Shown here: positions 1 to 8,936 of the stretch, piece by piece
Layout of the letters: every line of letters starts with the position of its first letter
How positions within the stretch are numbered: position 1 is the stretch's first letter
Source of the DNA: Rhodospirillaceae bacterium
GTDB lineage: Bacteria; Pseudomonadota; Alphaproteobacteria; Reyranellales; JAQSWP01
Assembly: GCA_040255215.1 (NCBI GenBank)
Contig: JBDZUM010000003.1
Coordinates: 8,673-72,672 of the forward strand
Length of the DNA: 64,000 nt
Direction: 5' to 3'
Program-made: the position numbers and the translations under genes
The notes under the pieces: generated by a model
What the model was told of the DNA's origin: nothing
Seen by the model: the letters and a program-made list of their open reading frames with translations, nothing else
Database searches by the model: none

Positions 1-256
1 CTGTCAATAGTTGCCGATAGCCCCGCTCCGTCATCCACTTGGCCCGTTTGAGGTGAGCTTCCCAGCAGTGCCGTGTCCGGTCAGGCTCGGCCGCCGGATT
101 GCGGTGCAGGACGATCCGCGCCACCTCTCGCCAGTCGGCTCCCTCGTCGTCTGCATCCAGCAGCCGCAGGTAGGTGACGAAGTGCTGCTCGTCGTAGCGG
201 GTGACGCTGTCTGACCAAGGCACGTCGTCGGCAACGTCGGGATCAAGCTCGGTCAT
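1..256 (-). CDS. DUF2285-type small protein, QseM-like antiactivator (C-terminal end cut by window edge)
   Basis: Own minus-strand translation from the ATG at 256-254: MTELDPDVADDVPWSDSVTRYDEQHFVTYLRLLDADDEGADWREVARIVLHRNPAAEPDRTRHCWEAHLKRAKWMTERGYRQLL. Absent from the ORF track because it runs off the edge. Shares the LR..DA..GA.W.E.A ... GYR.LL pattern with the C-terminus of the 2961-3704 frame. Divergent from an XRE gene, as in qseM-qseC. Confidence 0.7.
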   Translation of the reverse strand, partial: MTELDPDVADDVPWSDSVTRYDEQHFVTYLRLLDADDEGADWREVARIVLHRNPAAEPDRTRHCWEAHLKRAKWMTERGYRQLLT

Positions 257-320
257 AGTCCGGCCTTCCTGAAGCCGTCCGTCTCCGCTGGGTGCAGACG
301 GAGGCGCCGCCGTCGAAGAA

Positions 321-354
321 TATCCCGATATGGGATAATCCGAAATCAGGATTA
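321..354. promoter_or_regulatory. Two overlapping palindromes in the divergent QseM-like/QseC-like intergenic region (candidate operators)
   Basis: TATCCC-gatat-GGGATA (321-337) and TAATCC-gaaatca-GGATTA (336-354) lie between the divergent starts at 256 and 390. Confidence 0.55.
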
Positions 355-389
355 GTGGAAGAACCGGCCTCACCATTTAGCCGGTTTTC

Positions 390-680
390 ATGCCCAAATC
401 GCTCCGCACGCCGCGGCAAGAACGACTGCAAGCATTATTAGCCCAAGTCCGGAAAGCCAGGAAGCTCACGCAATCCGATGTTGCCAAACGGCTCGATCGC
501 CCGCAGTCCTTTGTCGCCAAGTATGAAGGCGGGGAGCGTAGGCTGGATGTCGTTGAATTCGTTGAGGTCGCCGAAGCGCTTGAAACAGACCCCTGCGCAT
601 TACTCTCGAACCTTCTTCACGCCGACGAGCCTTTGCCGCCTGCGATCCAAGGTCGCCGACCAAGGCGCACCAGAGCCTAG
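390..680 (+). CDS. XRE-family helix-turn-helix regulator (QseC-like)
   Basis: HTH_XRE signature [42 protein letters not shown]. Divergent from the DUF2285 gene. Confidence 0.8.
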   Translation: MPKSLRTPRQERLQALLAQVRKARKLTQSDVAKRLDRPQSFVAKYEGGERRLDVVEFVEVAEALETDPCALLSNLLHADEPLPPAIQGRRPRRTRA

Positions 681-804
681 GTAAATTCGTTGCCGGTCCA
701 GACTTCGCGGGCCGGTCTAGGCGTGTCTGTCCGCCGCGCACTTACGCCATCAGCATATCACTTCGGGTGCGCAAGAGGGATCGGTATCGTGACCGTCATG
801 CAAA

Positions 805-1743
805 TCAGGTCCGGTCTATACGGAAGCGCGACGGCGTGGTGCCCGTTAGCTTCCGGAAATTGTCGGTGAAGTGGCTGTGGCTGGCGAAGCCAACGGAGAT
901 CGCGATCTCGGCGATAGACTGTTCGGCGCCGAGCAACAGTTCCTTTGCCCGGAGGATGCGCCGTTCGATCAGGTAGCGATGCGGCGATGTGCCGGTGGAG
1001 GCCTTGAAGGCCTCGCCAAAATGATGTGTGCTCAAGCCTGCCAGCCCCGCCAGGTCGCTCAGGCTGATGTCGTCGGCGAGGTGTGCTTCGATGTAGTCGA
1101 CGACGCGCCGCAGGCGCAGCGCGCCGAGTCCGCCGATCACTGGCGGCGACCGGCTGAGCCCATCGCCATAGGCACGGAAGACATGCACGGCGAGCGCCGA
1201 CCCCAACCCCTCAGTATAGAGCCGCCCGCCCGCGCCGCGTTCGGCCAGTTCCCGGCGCCACGCCGCAGCCATGCCCTCGATGACCGGATCCCGGATGCCG
1301 ATCTGGGTCCTCAGCTCCAGCTCCTTCCCATCGAAGGCCTCGCCGACGATCTGCTTGATGAAGGCCTGTTCCATCGCGATGACGAGAATGCGCGGCGAAC
1401 TCGTCCAGCGCTGAAAGATCGGGCGGTCCCCGGAGTTGACATGGAGATCGCCGGAGACGATCCGGCGGCGCTCCGTTTCACGCATTTCCGGCAGCCGCCA
1501 TTCCATCTGGAACGGCGTGCCCTCGTGAATGGCGACCGTGAACTGCGTGGCGCCGATCTCAGTTCCCGGGTTCGGCTGCAATGTGCAGCGGCTGACGCCG
1601 ACGCCGTCATGGACAACCCGCTCGGCGTAGGACAACCGAGCCGAAGGAGTTTCGGAGCCGAAGTCGAGCAATTCTATTTGGCTCTTGGGCTGCGAATCCG
1701 GCATCCCTCGAAGCCTCCATACAATGGTATTCAAGGTTGGCAT
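805..1743 (-). CDS. AraC-family transcriptional regulator
   Basis: C-terminal double HTH: LSDLAGLAGLSTHHFGEAFKASTGTSPHRYLIERRILRAKELL ... IAISVGFASHSHFTDNFRKLTGTTPSRFR. Confidence 0.85.
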   Translation of the reverse strand: MPTLNTIVWRLRGMPDSQPKSQIELLDFGSETPSARLSYAERVVHDGVGVSRCTLQPNPGTEIGATQFTVAIHEGTPFQMEWRLPEMRETERRRIVSGDLHVNSGDRPIFQRWTSSPRILVIAMEQAFIKQIVGEAFDGKELELRTQIGIRDPVIEGMAAAWRRELAERGAGGRLYTEGLGSALAVHVFRAYGDGLSRSPPVIGGLGALRLRRVVDYIEAHLADDISLSDLAGLAGLSTHHFGEAFKASTGTSPHRYLIERRILRAKELLLGAEQSIAEIAISVGFASHSHFTDNFRKLTGTTPSRFRIDRT

Positions 1744-1952
1744 CCGAACGTCGAGTATCTATATGTTGCCTCGATCGCTCCGAGCACAGCCTCGTGCAAT
1801 GGTGGAAGGAATAGTAGAAGATTAGGACAAGGATAAGGCGAGAATTTCAGAAGCAATACTGGTCAATATTTATATAAACTTTACCATATTTACTTGATTT
1901 CTGATTCTGGCAAATTCCCGGGCGCATTGCGCAGTAAACGGAGGAAAGCCCG

Positions 1953-2570
1953 ATGTATCCCCGCTCCAGTCTGTTCATTTGCGCTGCTGCGCTGTCGCTT
2001 CTGACTGCGTGCGATGATCCGCCGAAGGCGGATGACAGTATCTTTGAAAAAACGCTGCAGACTTATTACGACTCGCACCCTGTCTGCGTCGCGATTCCGC
2101 TGACATTCCCCGTCGACCTGCGCAGCGACGGAGACACCGCCAGGAAGCGGCAGCTGGAACCTCTGGTGGCGGCCGGTCTGATCGCGGGCACCACTATCCA
2201 AAAGAACGAGCCCGCAGCGTCGGGACAAGGACAGGCGACCGACTATCTCCGCTACGCGCCGACTGCCGCCGGTGAGAAGGTCGTACGAAAGGGCGCGGAC
2301 AGTTTTCTCGGCGGCACGGACATCTGTTTCGCGCGGCGGAAGGTCGTGAAGATCGAGTCCTTCACCGAGCCCGCCGACGCTGCCGGGGTGAAGGCCTCGC
2401 GTGTCACTTATGACTATGAACTAAAAGACGTCGAGCCGTGGGCCACGGGACCCGATATCGCGGGCGCCTTCCCCCAGATTGCGGCTTTGCTGGCCAAGCC
2501 CGGTAACCAGGCGACCGACGTCCTGGTTCAGACCGATAACGGCTGGAAGCACGAACGCGACGTGCGCTGA
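1953..2570 (+). CDS. Putative lipoprotein, unknown function
   Basis: Signal peptide with lipobox LSLLTAC. Divergent from the AraC gene across an AT-rich spacer. Confidence 0.6.
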   Translation: MYPRSSLFICAAALSLLTACDDPPKADDSIFEKTLQTYYDSHPVCVAIPLTFPVDLRSDGDTARKRQLEPLVAAGLIAGTTIQKNEPAASGQGQATDYLRYAPTAAGEKVVRKGADSFLGGTDICFARRKVVKIESFTEPADAAGVKASRVTYDYELKDVEPWATGPDIAGAFPQIAALLAKPGNQATDVLVQTDNGWKHERDVR

Positions 2571-2875
2571 CGAAAAGCCTGTCGAAATCGAAGCCGAACT
2601 CGTGCTACACAGCCACGGGCTGCAACCGGCTCTTGCGCTGCGGCACTATGCCAGTCCCGTCGCCTGGCGATTACCCCGATTTCTCGACAATCTCCGGTTG
2701 AACGCGGAAGCGGTGCGTCTGCCGCGCACCAATATCAACGGGTGTCGCTGGTGACTTCTTCCCGAGGCCCGTGCCGCATCTGAGCGACGAGCCATTCTCC
2801 CCAGCGACAGATCGTCGAACAGCTCCGCTCGGCGCGTTGAATGCCACGAGCGATGCGACGGGAGGAGGCAGTGCC

Positions 2876-3704
2876 ATGGCAAAGGAGATTCCTCAAGAAC
2901 CCGGCGAACCGTCGCGCGCCGATTGGCGCGATCCCACGAACTACAAATCCCTGCTGACTCTTGACCGTTCCGGCTGGGCTTGGAATTGGCTCCGCCGAAA
3001 TCCCGACTACATTGCCCGAACGAGTCAACTTCTTGCGCGTAGGCGGCTCGAACAGCCCGGCACGCGATTGCGCGTCATCACCACATCGGATGCCGAGGAG
3101 GCGCGCGATTGGGGTTTGCACTTTCGCGGAGGCGCCGATCCGCCCGGCAACCGATGCCTGCATCTTCTGGCGAGCCGATTGGGATACATCGGTGCTGGCT
3201 GCCGAGACGCTGCCAGTGCGGCACGGCGATGGCGATGCCTTCGACATCCGCCGTTTCGACAGCGTGGCGACCGTACTACGGTGCCCTGACGGCCACGAGC
3301 ATCTGCTCCTCAGTGATGGGGTACATCACCTCCAGATGGAAGTGACGGCGGGCAGCCTGCTCGATGGCCCCGTTCGCTTCCGCTACGAGCTGTCCGGCTT
3401 CAAGCATATCGAGGCGAAGACGCTGACGCTGCGCCGCCTGATGCTGCTCCACCGCCTTGGACGCTTCCCGAGCGGGCTCTATCCCCCGGAACGCCGCGCC
3501 CGCCGCTGGGCGATGGCGCTTCGGGCCCATGACGCGGTGGGGGCCGGTGCCAGTCATCGCGAAATCGCCGCGGCGCTCTTCGGCGAGAAGGTCGTCAAGG
3601 AAGATTGGTGCGGCCGGTCAGACTATCTGCGCCTTCGGGTACAACGGCTCCTCCGAATGGCGGACAAGCTGGTGAACGGCGGCTATCGCGATCTCTTGCG
3701 ATGA
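2876..3704 (+). CDS. FseA-like ICE transfer activator (N-terminal WxWLRRNP domain plus C-terminal DUF2285), requires a +1 frameshift near 3122-3126
   Basis: Frame of 2771 gives MAKEIPQ...ADWRDPTNYKSLLTLDRSGWAWNWLRRNPDYIA...EARDWGLHF, with a GGAGG Shine-Dalgarno sequence before ATG 2876. Frame of 2961 continues AEAPIRPATDACIFWRADWD...GGYRDLLR. The junction is at CAC-TTT-C-GCG. Confidence 0.7.
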
Positions 3705-3744
3705 GCCGGAACGCGGAAGGAGTAGCGGCCTTTGCGGCCGTACG

Positions 3745-3825
3745 AGTGAGAGGGCGGCTGGGGATTCCGTGACGGGTTGAGGAGGCGAGAGAGAGGCTCT
3801 TGCCGGCCCGTCTCGGAGATCCGCG
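3745..3825 (+). repeat. Class-1 conserved structured leader, copy A (upstream of ardC)
   Basis: gagagggcggctggggattccGTGACGGGttgaggaggcGAGAGAGAGgctcttgccggCCCGTCtcGGAGAtccgcgATG. Outer stem GACGGG (3771-3776) / CCCGTC (3807-3812). Confidence 0.6.
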
Positions 3826-4788
3826 ATGTCACGTTCAACCGCTTGCGCTCGCTCCGGTCGGGACCGGGCGAGCCTCTATCAGGAAATCACCGACAAGTTT
3901 ATCGCCGAGCTGGAGGCAGGCCGCGTGCCCTGGGTCCAGCCCTGGGGCACGACGGCGGCGAAGGCATCGCTCGCCATGCCGAAGAATGCTGCGACCAGCC
4001 ATTGCTACTCCGGGATCAATGTGCTGATCCTGTGGCGTGCAGTCGTAGAGCGCGGCTTTTCGGGCCAGCGCTGGCTCACGTTTCGCCAGGCGCTTGGGCT
4101 CGGCGGCCATGTCCGTAAGGGCGAGACCGGCACGACTGTCGTCTATGCCGACCGCTTCGTTCCCGACGAGGAGCGCCGGCGGGCCGAACGCGACGGGGAC
4201 GAGCCGGGGGCCATCCCTTTCCTGAAGCGCTTCACGGTCTTCAACACCGACCAATGCGAGGGCCTGCCGCGGGAGCTCTCGACCTCGCCGCCGCCCGTGG
4301 CAGAGGGCATGATCCTGCCGCAGGCCGAGGCCCTGATCGCGGCCACGGGCGCGGATTTCCGCATCGGCGGCGACCGAGCCTTCTACAGCCCATCGCACGA
4401 TTTCGTCCAAGTGCCTCGGCCCGACGCCTACTTCGAGCCGATCAACTGGCACCGCACGGCGCTGCACGAGCTCGGCCATTGGAGCGGCCATCCCTCCCGG
4501 CTCGGCCGTGACCTGTCGGGCGGGTTCGGTTCCGTGCCCTATGCCAAAGAAGAGCTCTGTGCGGAGATGACCAGTGCCTTCGTCTGCGCCACGCTCGGCA
4601 TCGTGCCGACCGTGCGGCACGCCGACTACCTCGGATCCTGGCTCGAGGTGCTGCGCGAGGATGACCGCGCCATCGTTCGTGCCGCGAGCGCCGCGTCAAA
4701 AGCCGCGGACTATCTGCTCACCTTCCAGTCGCATCCCGACGAGCCCGTCGATATGGCGGCCGACGAAGACGAGCAGGAGGCGGCGTGA
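3826..4788 (+). CDS. ardC: ArdC-like antirestriction protein (ssDNA-binding N-domain plus zincin metallopeptidase)
   Basis: N-terminal YQEITDKFIAELEAGRVPWVQPW and C-terminal HEXXH motif TALHELGHWSGH. Confidence 0.85.
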   Translation: MSRSTACARSGRDRASLYQEITDKFIAELEAGRVPWVQPWGTTAAKASLAMPKNAATSHCYSGINVLILWRAVVERGFSGQRWLTFRQALGLGGHVRKGETGTTVVYADRFVPDEERRRAERDGDEPGAIPFLKRFTVFNTDQCEGLPRELSTSPPPVAEGMILPQAEALIAATGADFRIGGDRAFYSPSHDFVQVPRPDAYFEPINWHRTALHELGHWSGHPSRLGRDLSGGFGSVPYAKEELCAEMTSAFVCATLGIVPTVRHADYLGSWLEVLREDDRAIVRAASAASKAADYLLTFQSHPDEPVDMAADEDEQEAA

Positions 4789-4825
4789 TGCGTTTGCACA
4801 GCGATCACCGCAAGTCGGTATGCGG

Positions 4826-5791
4826 TTATGCTGCTTGCCGCGCGTGTTCGCAGCGGTGAATTTCGACCGTGACGTGGGAGAGCTGCGGCAGCTCGCGGAG
4901 CCTCGCTTTGTAGTGGCCGGGTTCTTGGGGGCGATCAGATATGACCGATACGATCACCGCCATATGGCCGGGGCCGATCCGCCACAGATGCAGATCTGAA
5001 ACCCGATCCCCATCATGTTCGAGTGTATGGCGGATCTGCTCCGACAGAGCGGTGTCCGGCATCGTGTCGAGCAGAACCGCCCCCGCGTCCCGAAGCAGTC
5101 CCCATGACCAACGGGCAATAACGACGCCTCCCACAATCCCCATGAGCGGGTCCATCCAGAGCCAGCCGTAAAACCGCCCGCCGAGCAGTCCAGCGATCGC
5201 CAGAACAGAGGTCAGCGCATCGGTGAGGACATGGAAATAGGCGGAACGCAGATTATGATCCTGATGGCCATGCGCATGCGCGTGTGGGTGACCGTCCTGC
5301 CGACCATGGTCATGGTGCTGATGATCGTGGTGACCGCCGTCGTGGAGCAGCCACGCGCTCACCAGATTGACGATCAGTCCCAAAACAGCCACGGCAATGG
5401 CCTCATTGAAGCGAATAGGGATAGGCGCGGTGAGGCGGAGCACGGACTCGAACCCGATCAACAGGGCGATAACTGCCAAGATGACGGCGCTTGAATATCC
5501 GGCCAGCTCTCCGAGCTTGCCGGTTCCGAATGTGAAGCGCTCGTCGTGAGCGTTGCGGCGTGCGTAGAGATAGGCGACAGCCGCAATCGTAAGCGCCCCG
5601 GCATGGGTCGCCATGTGAAAACCGTCGGCCAGCAGCGCCATCGACCCGAACATGGCTCCGGCGATGATCTCTCCGAACATCATCACAGCCGTCAGGCCGA
5701 TGACGATCCAGGTCCGCCGCTCGTTGCGGGCATGATCCGCACCAAGGAAAACATGATCGTGTTGCCAGGACTCGACGGAATCGGAGTGCAT
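4826..5791 (-). CDS. dmeF: Cation diffusion facilitator, DmeF-type Co(II)/Ni(II) efflux transporter
   Basis: N-terminal SWQHDHVFLG, six TM segments, and a His-rich loop HDGGHHDHQHHDHGRQDGHPHAHAHGHQDH. Confidence 0.85.
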   Translation of the reverse strand: MHSDSVESWQHDHVFLGADHARNERRTWIVIGLTAVMMFGEIIAGAMFGSMALLADGFHMATHAGALTIAAVAYLYARRNAHDERFTFGTGKLGELAGYSSAVILAVIALLIGFESVLRLTAPIPIRFNEAIAVAVLGLIVNLVSAWLLHDGGHHDHQHHDHGRQDGHPHAHAHGHQDHNLRSAYFHVLTDALTSVLAIAGLLGGRFYGWLWMDPLMGIVGGVVIARWSWGLLRDAGAVLLDTMPDTALSEQIRHTLEHDGDRVSDLHLWRIGPGHMAVIVSVISDRPQEPGHYKARLRELPQLSHVTVEIHRCEHARQAA

Positions 5792-5805
5792 TTGAAGCCT
5801 TCGCT

Positions 5806-6072
5806 TTAGAGGTATTTCGTAATCTCGCGGAACTCCGCGATCTTCTGTTGAACTTCAGGCGGTAGCGGGCCCGTAACCTCCCCCAAGTGGTGGTCGATGT
5901 GATCGATGATCAGCATCTGCTTAGCCTTCTCTAGTGCCTTGATCACGGCCTGCATCTGTTGGGCGATCACCATTCCGTCCCGTCCCTCGACGACCATACG
6001 GACGACAGTTGAGAGATGGCCTTCGGCGCGGCGAAGACGCCTGAGAATATCCGGATTGTCTGCATGGCTCAT
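5806..6072 (-). CDS. dmeR: CsoR/RcnR-family metal-sensing repressor (DmeR-like)
   Basis: 88 aa, LRRLRRAEGHLSTVVRMVVEGRD...IIDHIDHHL. Lies immediately upstream of the CDF gene. Confidence 0.85.
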   Translation of the reverse strand: MSHADNPDILRRLRRAEGHLSTVVRMVVEGRDGMVIAQQMQAVIKALEKAKQMLIIDHIDHHLGEVTGPLPPEVQQKIAEFREITKYL

Positions 6073-6083
6073 AGTTGTTATCC

Positions 6084-6102
6084 TATCCCCCTGGAGGGGA
6101 TA
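6084..6102. promoter_or_regulatory. Candidate DmeR operator (G/C-tract palindrome)
   Basis: TATCCCC-ctgga-GGGGATA, 12 nt upstream of the dmeR start. Matches the G/C-tract style of RcnR/CsoR operators. Confidence 0.6.
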
Positions 6103-6245
6103 CGGTCAAGTATGATAAACTTCGGTAGCGTCTCAGTTTGGCTCTCGCTTTTGGTAAGAGACGCGGCTTATCGCAGGCGGGGCGTTGCTCGGCTCCGATC
6201 TATTGGGGCATTCATTCGCTTCCCCACTTCGCATTAAGGATGCCT

Positions 6246-6626
6246 ATGGCAGATCGTCTGAAGAACTGGGCGCGTATCATTAAGCGGGATGTACATGCGC
6301 TGTACCTCGCCAGCCGCGATCCTCGCGTGCCCTGGTATGCCAAAGCCTTGGCCCTTGTCGTGGTGGGCTACGCGCTCTCCCCGATCGATCTTATTCCCGA
6401 TTTCATTCCGGTTCTGGGCTACCTGGATGACGTGATCCTGCTTCCGCTTGGTATCCTTCTCGTCATTCGCCTGATCCCTCCGAAAATTCTGGCTGAACAC
6501 CGTGACTTGGCCGCAGCGGCTCAGGAGCGCCCGGTGAGCCGCAGAGCGGCTGTTGTGATTGTCTGCATCTGGGCAGCTTGTATTGGACTGTCGGGATGGT
6601 TCGTCTATCGCTATTTCGGGCGCTGA
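6246..6626 (+). CDS. DUF1232 (YkvA-like) membrane protein
   Basis: YAKALALVVVGYALSPIDLIPDFIPVLGYLDDVILLPL. AAGGA Shine-Dalgarno sequence 5 nt before ATG 6246. Confidence 0.75.
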   Translation: MADRLKNWARIIKRDVHALYLASRDPRVPWYAKALALVVVGYALSPIDLIPDFIPVLGYLDDVILLPLGILLVIRLIPPKILAEHRDLAAAAQERPVSRRAAVVIVCIWAACIGLSGWFVYRYFGR

Positions 6627-6664
6627 AATTCAAACGGACACACTGCCCGGACGCGTTGGCTCCA

Positions 6665-6747
6665 GAGGGAGAGGCGGGAGGGGGACTTTGTGACGGGTTT
6701 GGAGGTCGAGAGAGAGGCTCCCGGCCGGCCCGTCATGGAGAACCGAC
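6665..6747 (+). repeat. Class-1 conserved structured leader, copy B (upstream of parB-like gene)
   Basis: gagaggcgggagggggactttGTGACGGGtttggaggtcGAGAGAGAGgctcccggccggCCCGTCatGGAGAaccgacATG. Near-identical to copy A. Confidence 0.6.
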
Positions 6748-8829
6748 ATGGCAACCGCCAATCCCAAGATCGTCCTGAGCCGGTCCCAGGACATTCCCTT
6801 CAACAAGCTGGTGCTGTCCCAGGCGAACGTCCGCCGGGTGAAGGCCGGCATCTCGGTCGAGGACCTGGCCGAGGATATCGCCCGGCGCACGCTCCTGCAG
6901 AGCTTGAGCGTGCGGCCGGTACTGAACGCTGAGGGCGTCGCGACCGGCATGTACGAGGTTCCGGCCGGCGGCCGGCGCTTCCGTGCGCTCGAACTGCTCG
7001 TGAAGCAGAAGCGCATGGCCAAGACCCAGCCCGTGCCGTGCGTCGTGCGCGAAGGCGGGACGCCCGAGGAGGACAGCCTGGCCGAGAACGTCCAGCGCGT
7101 CGCGCTCCATCCGCTCGACCAGTTCCGGGCCTTCCAGACCCTTCGCGACTCCGGCCTGGGTGAGGACGAGATCGCCGCCCGTTTCTTCGTCAGCCCCAGC
7201 GTCGTGAAGCAGCGCCTGAAGCTCGCATCGGTCTCGCCGAAGCTCCTCGACATCTATGCCGGCGACGAGATGACGCTCGAGCAGCTCATGGCCTTCACCG
7301 TCACCAATGACCATGACCGGCAGGAGCAGGTGTGGGAGCAGCTTGCCCGCTCCTACAACAAGGAGCCCTATTACATCCGCCGCCAACTTACCGAAGGCGC
7401 CATCCGTGCCTCCGACAAGCGGGCGCAATTCGTTGGCATCGAGGTCTACGAGGCGGCCGGTGGCGCCGTCATGCGCGATCTCTTCCAGCAGGACGATGGC
7501 GGCTGGCTGCAGGATCCGGCACTGCTCGACCGGCTCGTCGTCGAGAAGCTGACCAAAGAGGCGGAGGCGCTCCGCGGCGAGGGCTGGAAATGGATCGAGG
7601 TCGCGGCGGAGTTTCCCTACGGCCATACCGCCGGTCTCCGCCGCCTTGCCGGGGAGACGGCATCGCCTACCGACGAGGAGCAGGCGACCCACGACGCGCT
7701 GCGCGCCGAGTACAACAAGCTGGAGGAGACCTACGCGGAGGTCGAAGAACTCCCCGACGAGGTCGACCAGCGTCTCGGCGAGATCGAGACAGCGCTGGAG
7801 GCGTTCGACGATCGCCCTGTGATCTACGATCCCGCCGACATTGCCCGTGCCGGCGCCTTCGTCAGCATTGATGGCGACGGCGATCTGCGCATCGAGCGCG
7901 GCTATGTCCGTCCCGAGGATGAAGCGCCGGCCGAGCCGGACGCCGATGGCGACGCGCCCGAAGGTTCCGAGGACGACGGCGATGTCCAGCGCACGGTGGT
8001 CACCATCGGCGGCAACGGATCGTCGGCGAGTGCCGAGACCGCCGAGGAGGAAGATGGCATCAAGCCGCTGCCCGACCGTCTGGTCACCGAGCTCACCGCT
8101 CATCGCACGCTGGCGCTGCGCGACGCGCTGGCGAACGATCCCGACACCGCCTTCGTCGCGGTTCTTCATGCGCTCTGTCTCAACGCCTTCTATCGCTATG
8201 CGTCTGAGACCTGCCTGGAGATCGCGGCGAAGAGCGCGAGCTTCGGCACGCAGGCGCCGGGGCTCAACGACAGTGCGTCGGCCAAGGCGATCGAGGGCCG
8301 GCACGCGCAATGGGCCGGACAATTGCCGAAGGACGCCAGTGACCTCTGGAACGCGCTCATCGCCTTCGACGGCGACAGCCGCGCATCGCTGTTCGCGCAC
8401 TGCGCGTCGCTTTCGGTCAACGCGGTCCATGAGCCGTGGAACCGCAACCCGCGCCGCATCGTCCATGCGGGACGGGTCGCCCGAGCCGTCGGTCTCGACA
8501 TGGTCGCGGCCGGTTGGACGCCGACCGTCGACAACTATCTCGGCCGCGTCACCAAGGCACGCATCCTCGAAGCCGTGCGCGAGGCCAAGGGCGAAGCCTC
8601 GGCCCAGCTCATCGACCACCTCAAGAAGCCGGACATGGCGAAGGAGGCCGAGCGCCTGCTCGCCGGATCGGGGTGGCTGCCCGAGCCGCTTCGCCTGCCG
8701 GACGCCGAGACGGCTGTCGACGAACCGGCCACGACCGAGAATCTACCGGCGTTCCTCGATGACGACGAAGGCGCCTCCGTGGACTCCGATCCGAAAGAGC
8801 CGCAGCCGCCCGCCATCGCGGCAGAATGA
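6748..8829 (+). CDS. ParB/Srx N-terminal-domain protein (large ICE ParB-like protein)
   Basis: ParB box YEVPAGGRRFRALELL. 693 aa with an acidic central linker. Position after ardC is typical of this ICE backbone. Confidence 0.85.
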   Translation: MATANPKIVLSRSQDIPFNKLVLSQANVRRVKAGISVEDLAEDIARRTLLQSLSVRPVLNAEGVATGMYEVPAGGRRFRALELLVKQKRMAKTQPVPCVVREGGTPEEDSLAENVQRVALHPLDQFRAFQTLRDSGLGEDEIAARFFVSPSVVKQRLKLASVSPKLLDIYAGDEMTLEQLMAFTVTNDHDRQEQVWEQLARSYNKEPYYIRRQLTEGAIRASDKRAQFVGIEVYEAAGGAVMRDLFQQDDGGWLQDPALLDRLVVEKLTKEAEALRGEGWKWIEVAAEFPYGHTAGLRRLAGETASPTDEEQATHDALRAEYNKLEETYAEVEELPDEVDQRLGEIETALEAFDDRPVIYDPADIARAGAFVSIDGDGDLRIERGYVRPEDEAPAEPDADGDAPEGSEDDGDVQRTVVTIGGNGSSASAETAEEEDGIKPLPDRLVTELTAHRTLALRDALANDPDTAFVAVLHALCLNAFYRYASETCLEIAAKSASFGTQAPGLNDSASAKAIEGRHAQWAGQLPKDASDLWNALIAFDGDSRASLFAHCASLSVNAVHEPWNRNPRRIVHAGRVARAVGLDMVAAGWTPTVDNYLGRVTKARILEAVREAKGEASAQLIDHLKKPDMAKEAERLLAGSGWLPEPLRLPDAETAVDEPATTENLPAFLDDDEGASVDSDPKEPQPPAIAAE

Positions 8830-8877
8830 CCTCGACCAGCGGGGCGGCGCTTGTCGCCCCGTACCCTCTCACACAGA

Positions 8878-8913
8878 GCCCGGCCTCCTGAGCTTGTCGC
8901 AGGGGCGCCGGGC
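8878..8913 (+). repeat. Class-2 intercistronic hairpin, copy F
   Basis: GCCCGGC (8878-8884) / GCCGGGC (8907-8913), followed by tTTCGCAtTTCAGGAGAC and ATG 8937. Confidence 0.55.
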
Positions 8914-8936
8914 TTTCGCATTTCAGGAGACTTTCG

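Noticed and set aside
2771-2875. Upstream extension of the FseA-like N-terminal frame (start at 2771)
   Set aside because: There is no Shine-Dalgarno sequence. The ATG at 2876 is preceded by GGAGGAGG, and the conserved region begins just after it.
6733-8619. 628-aa minus-strand ORF antisense to the ParB-like gene
   Set aside because: No recognisable motifs and an Arg/Gly/Asp-rich composition. The opposite strand encodes a protein with a clear ParB box and proper start context.
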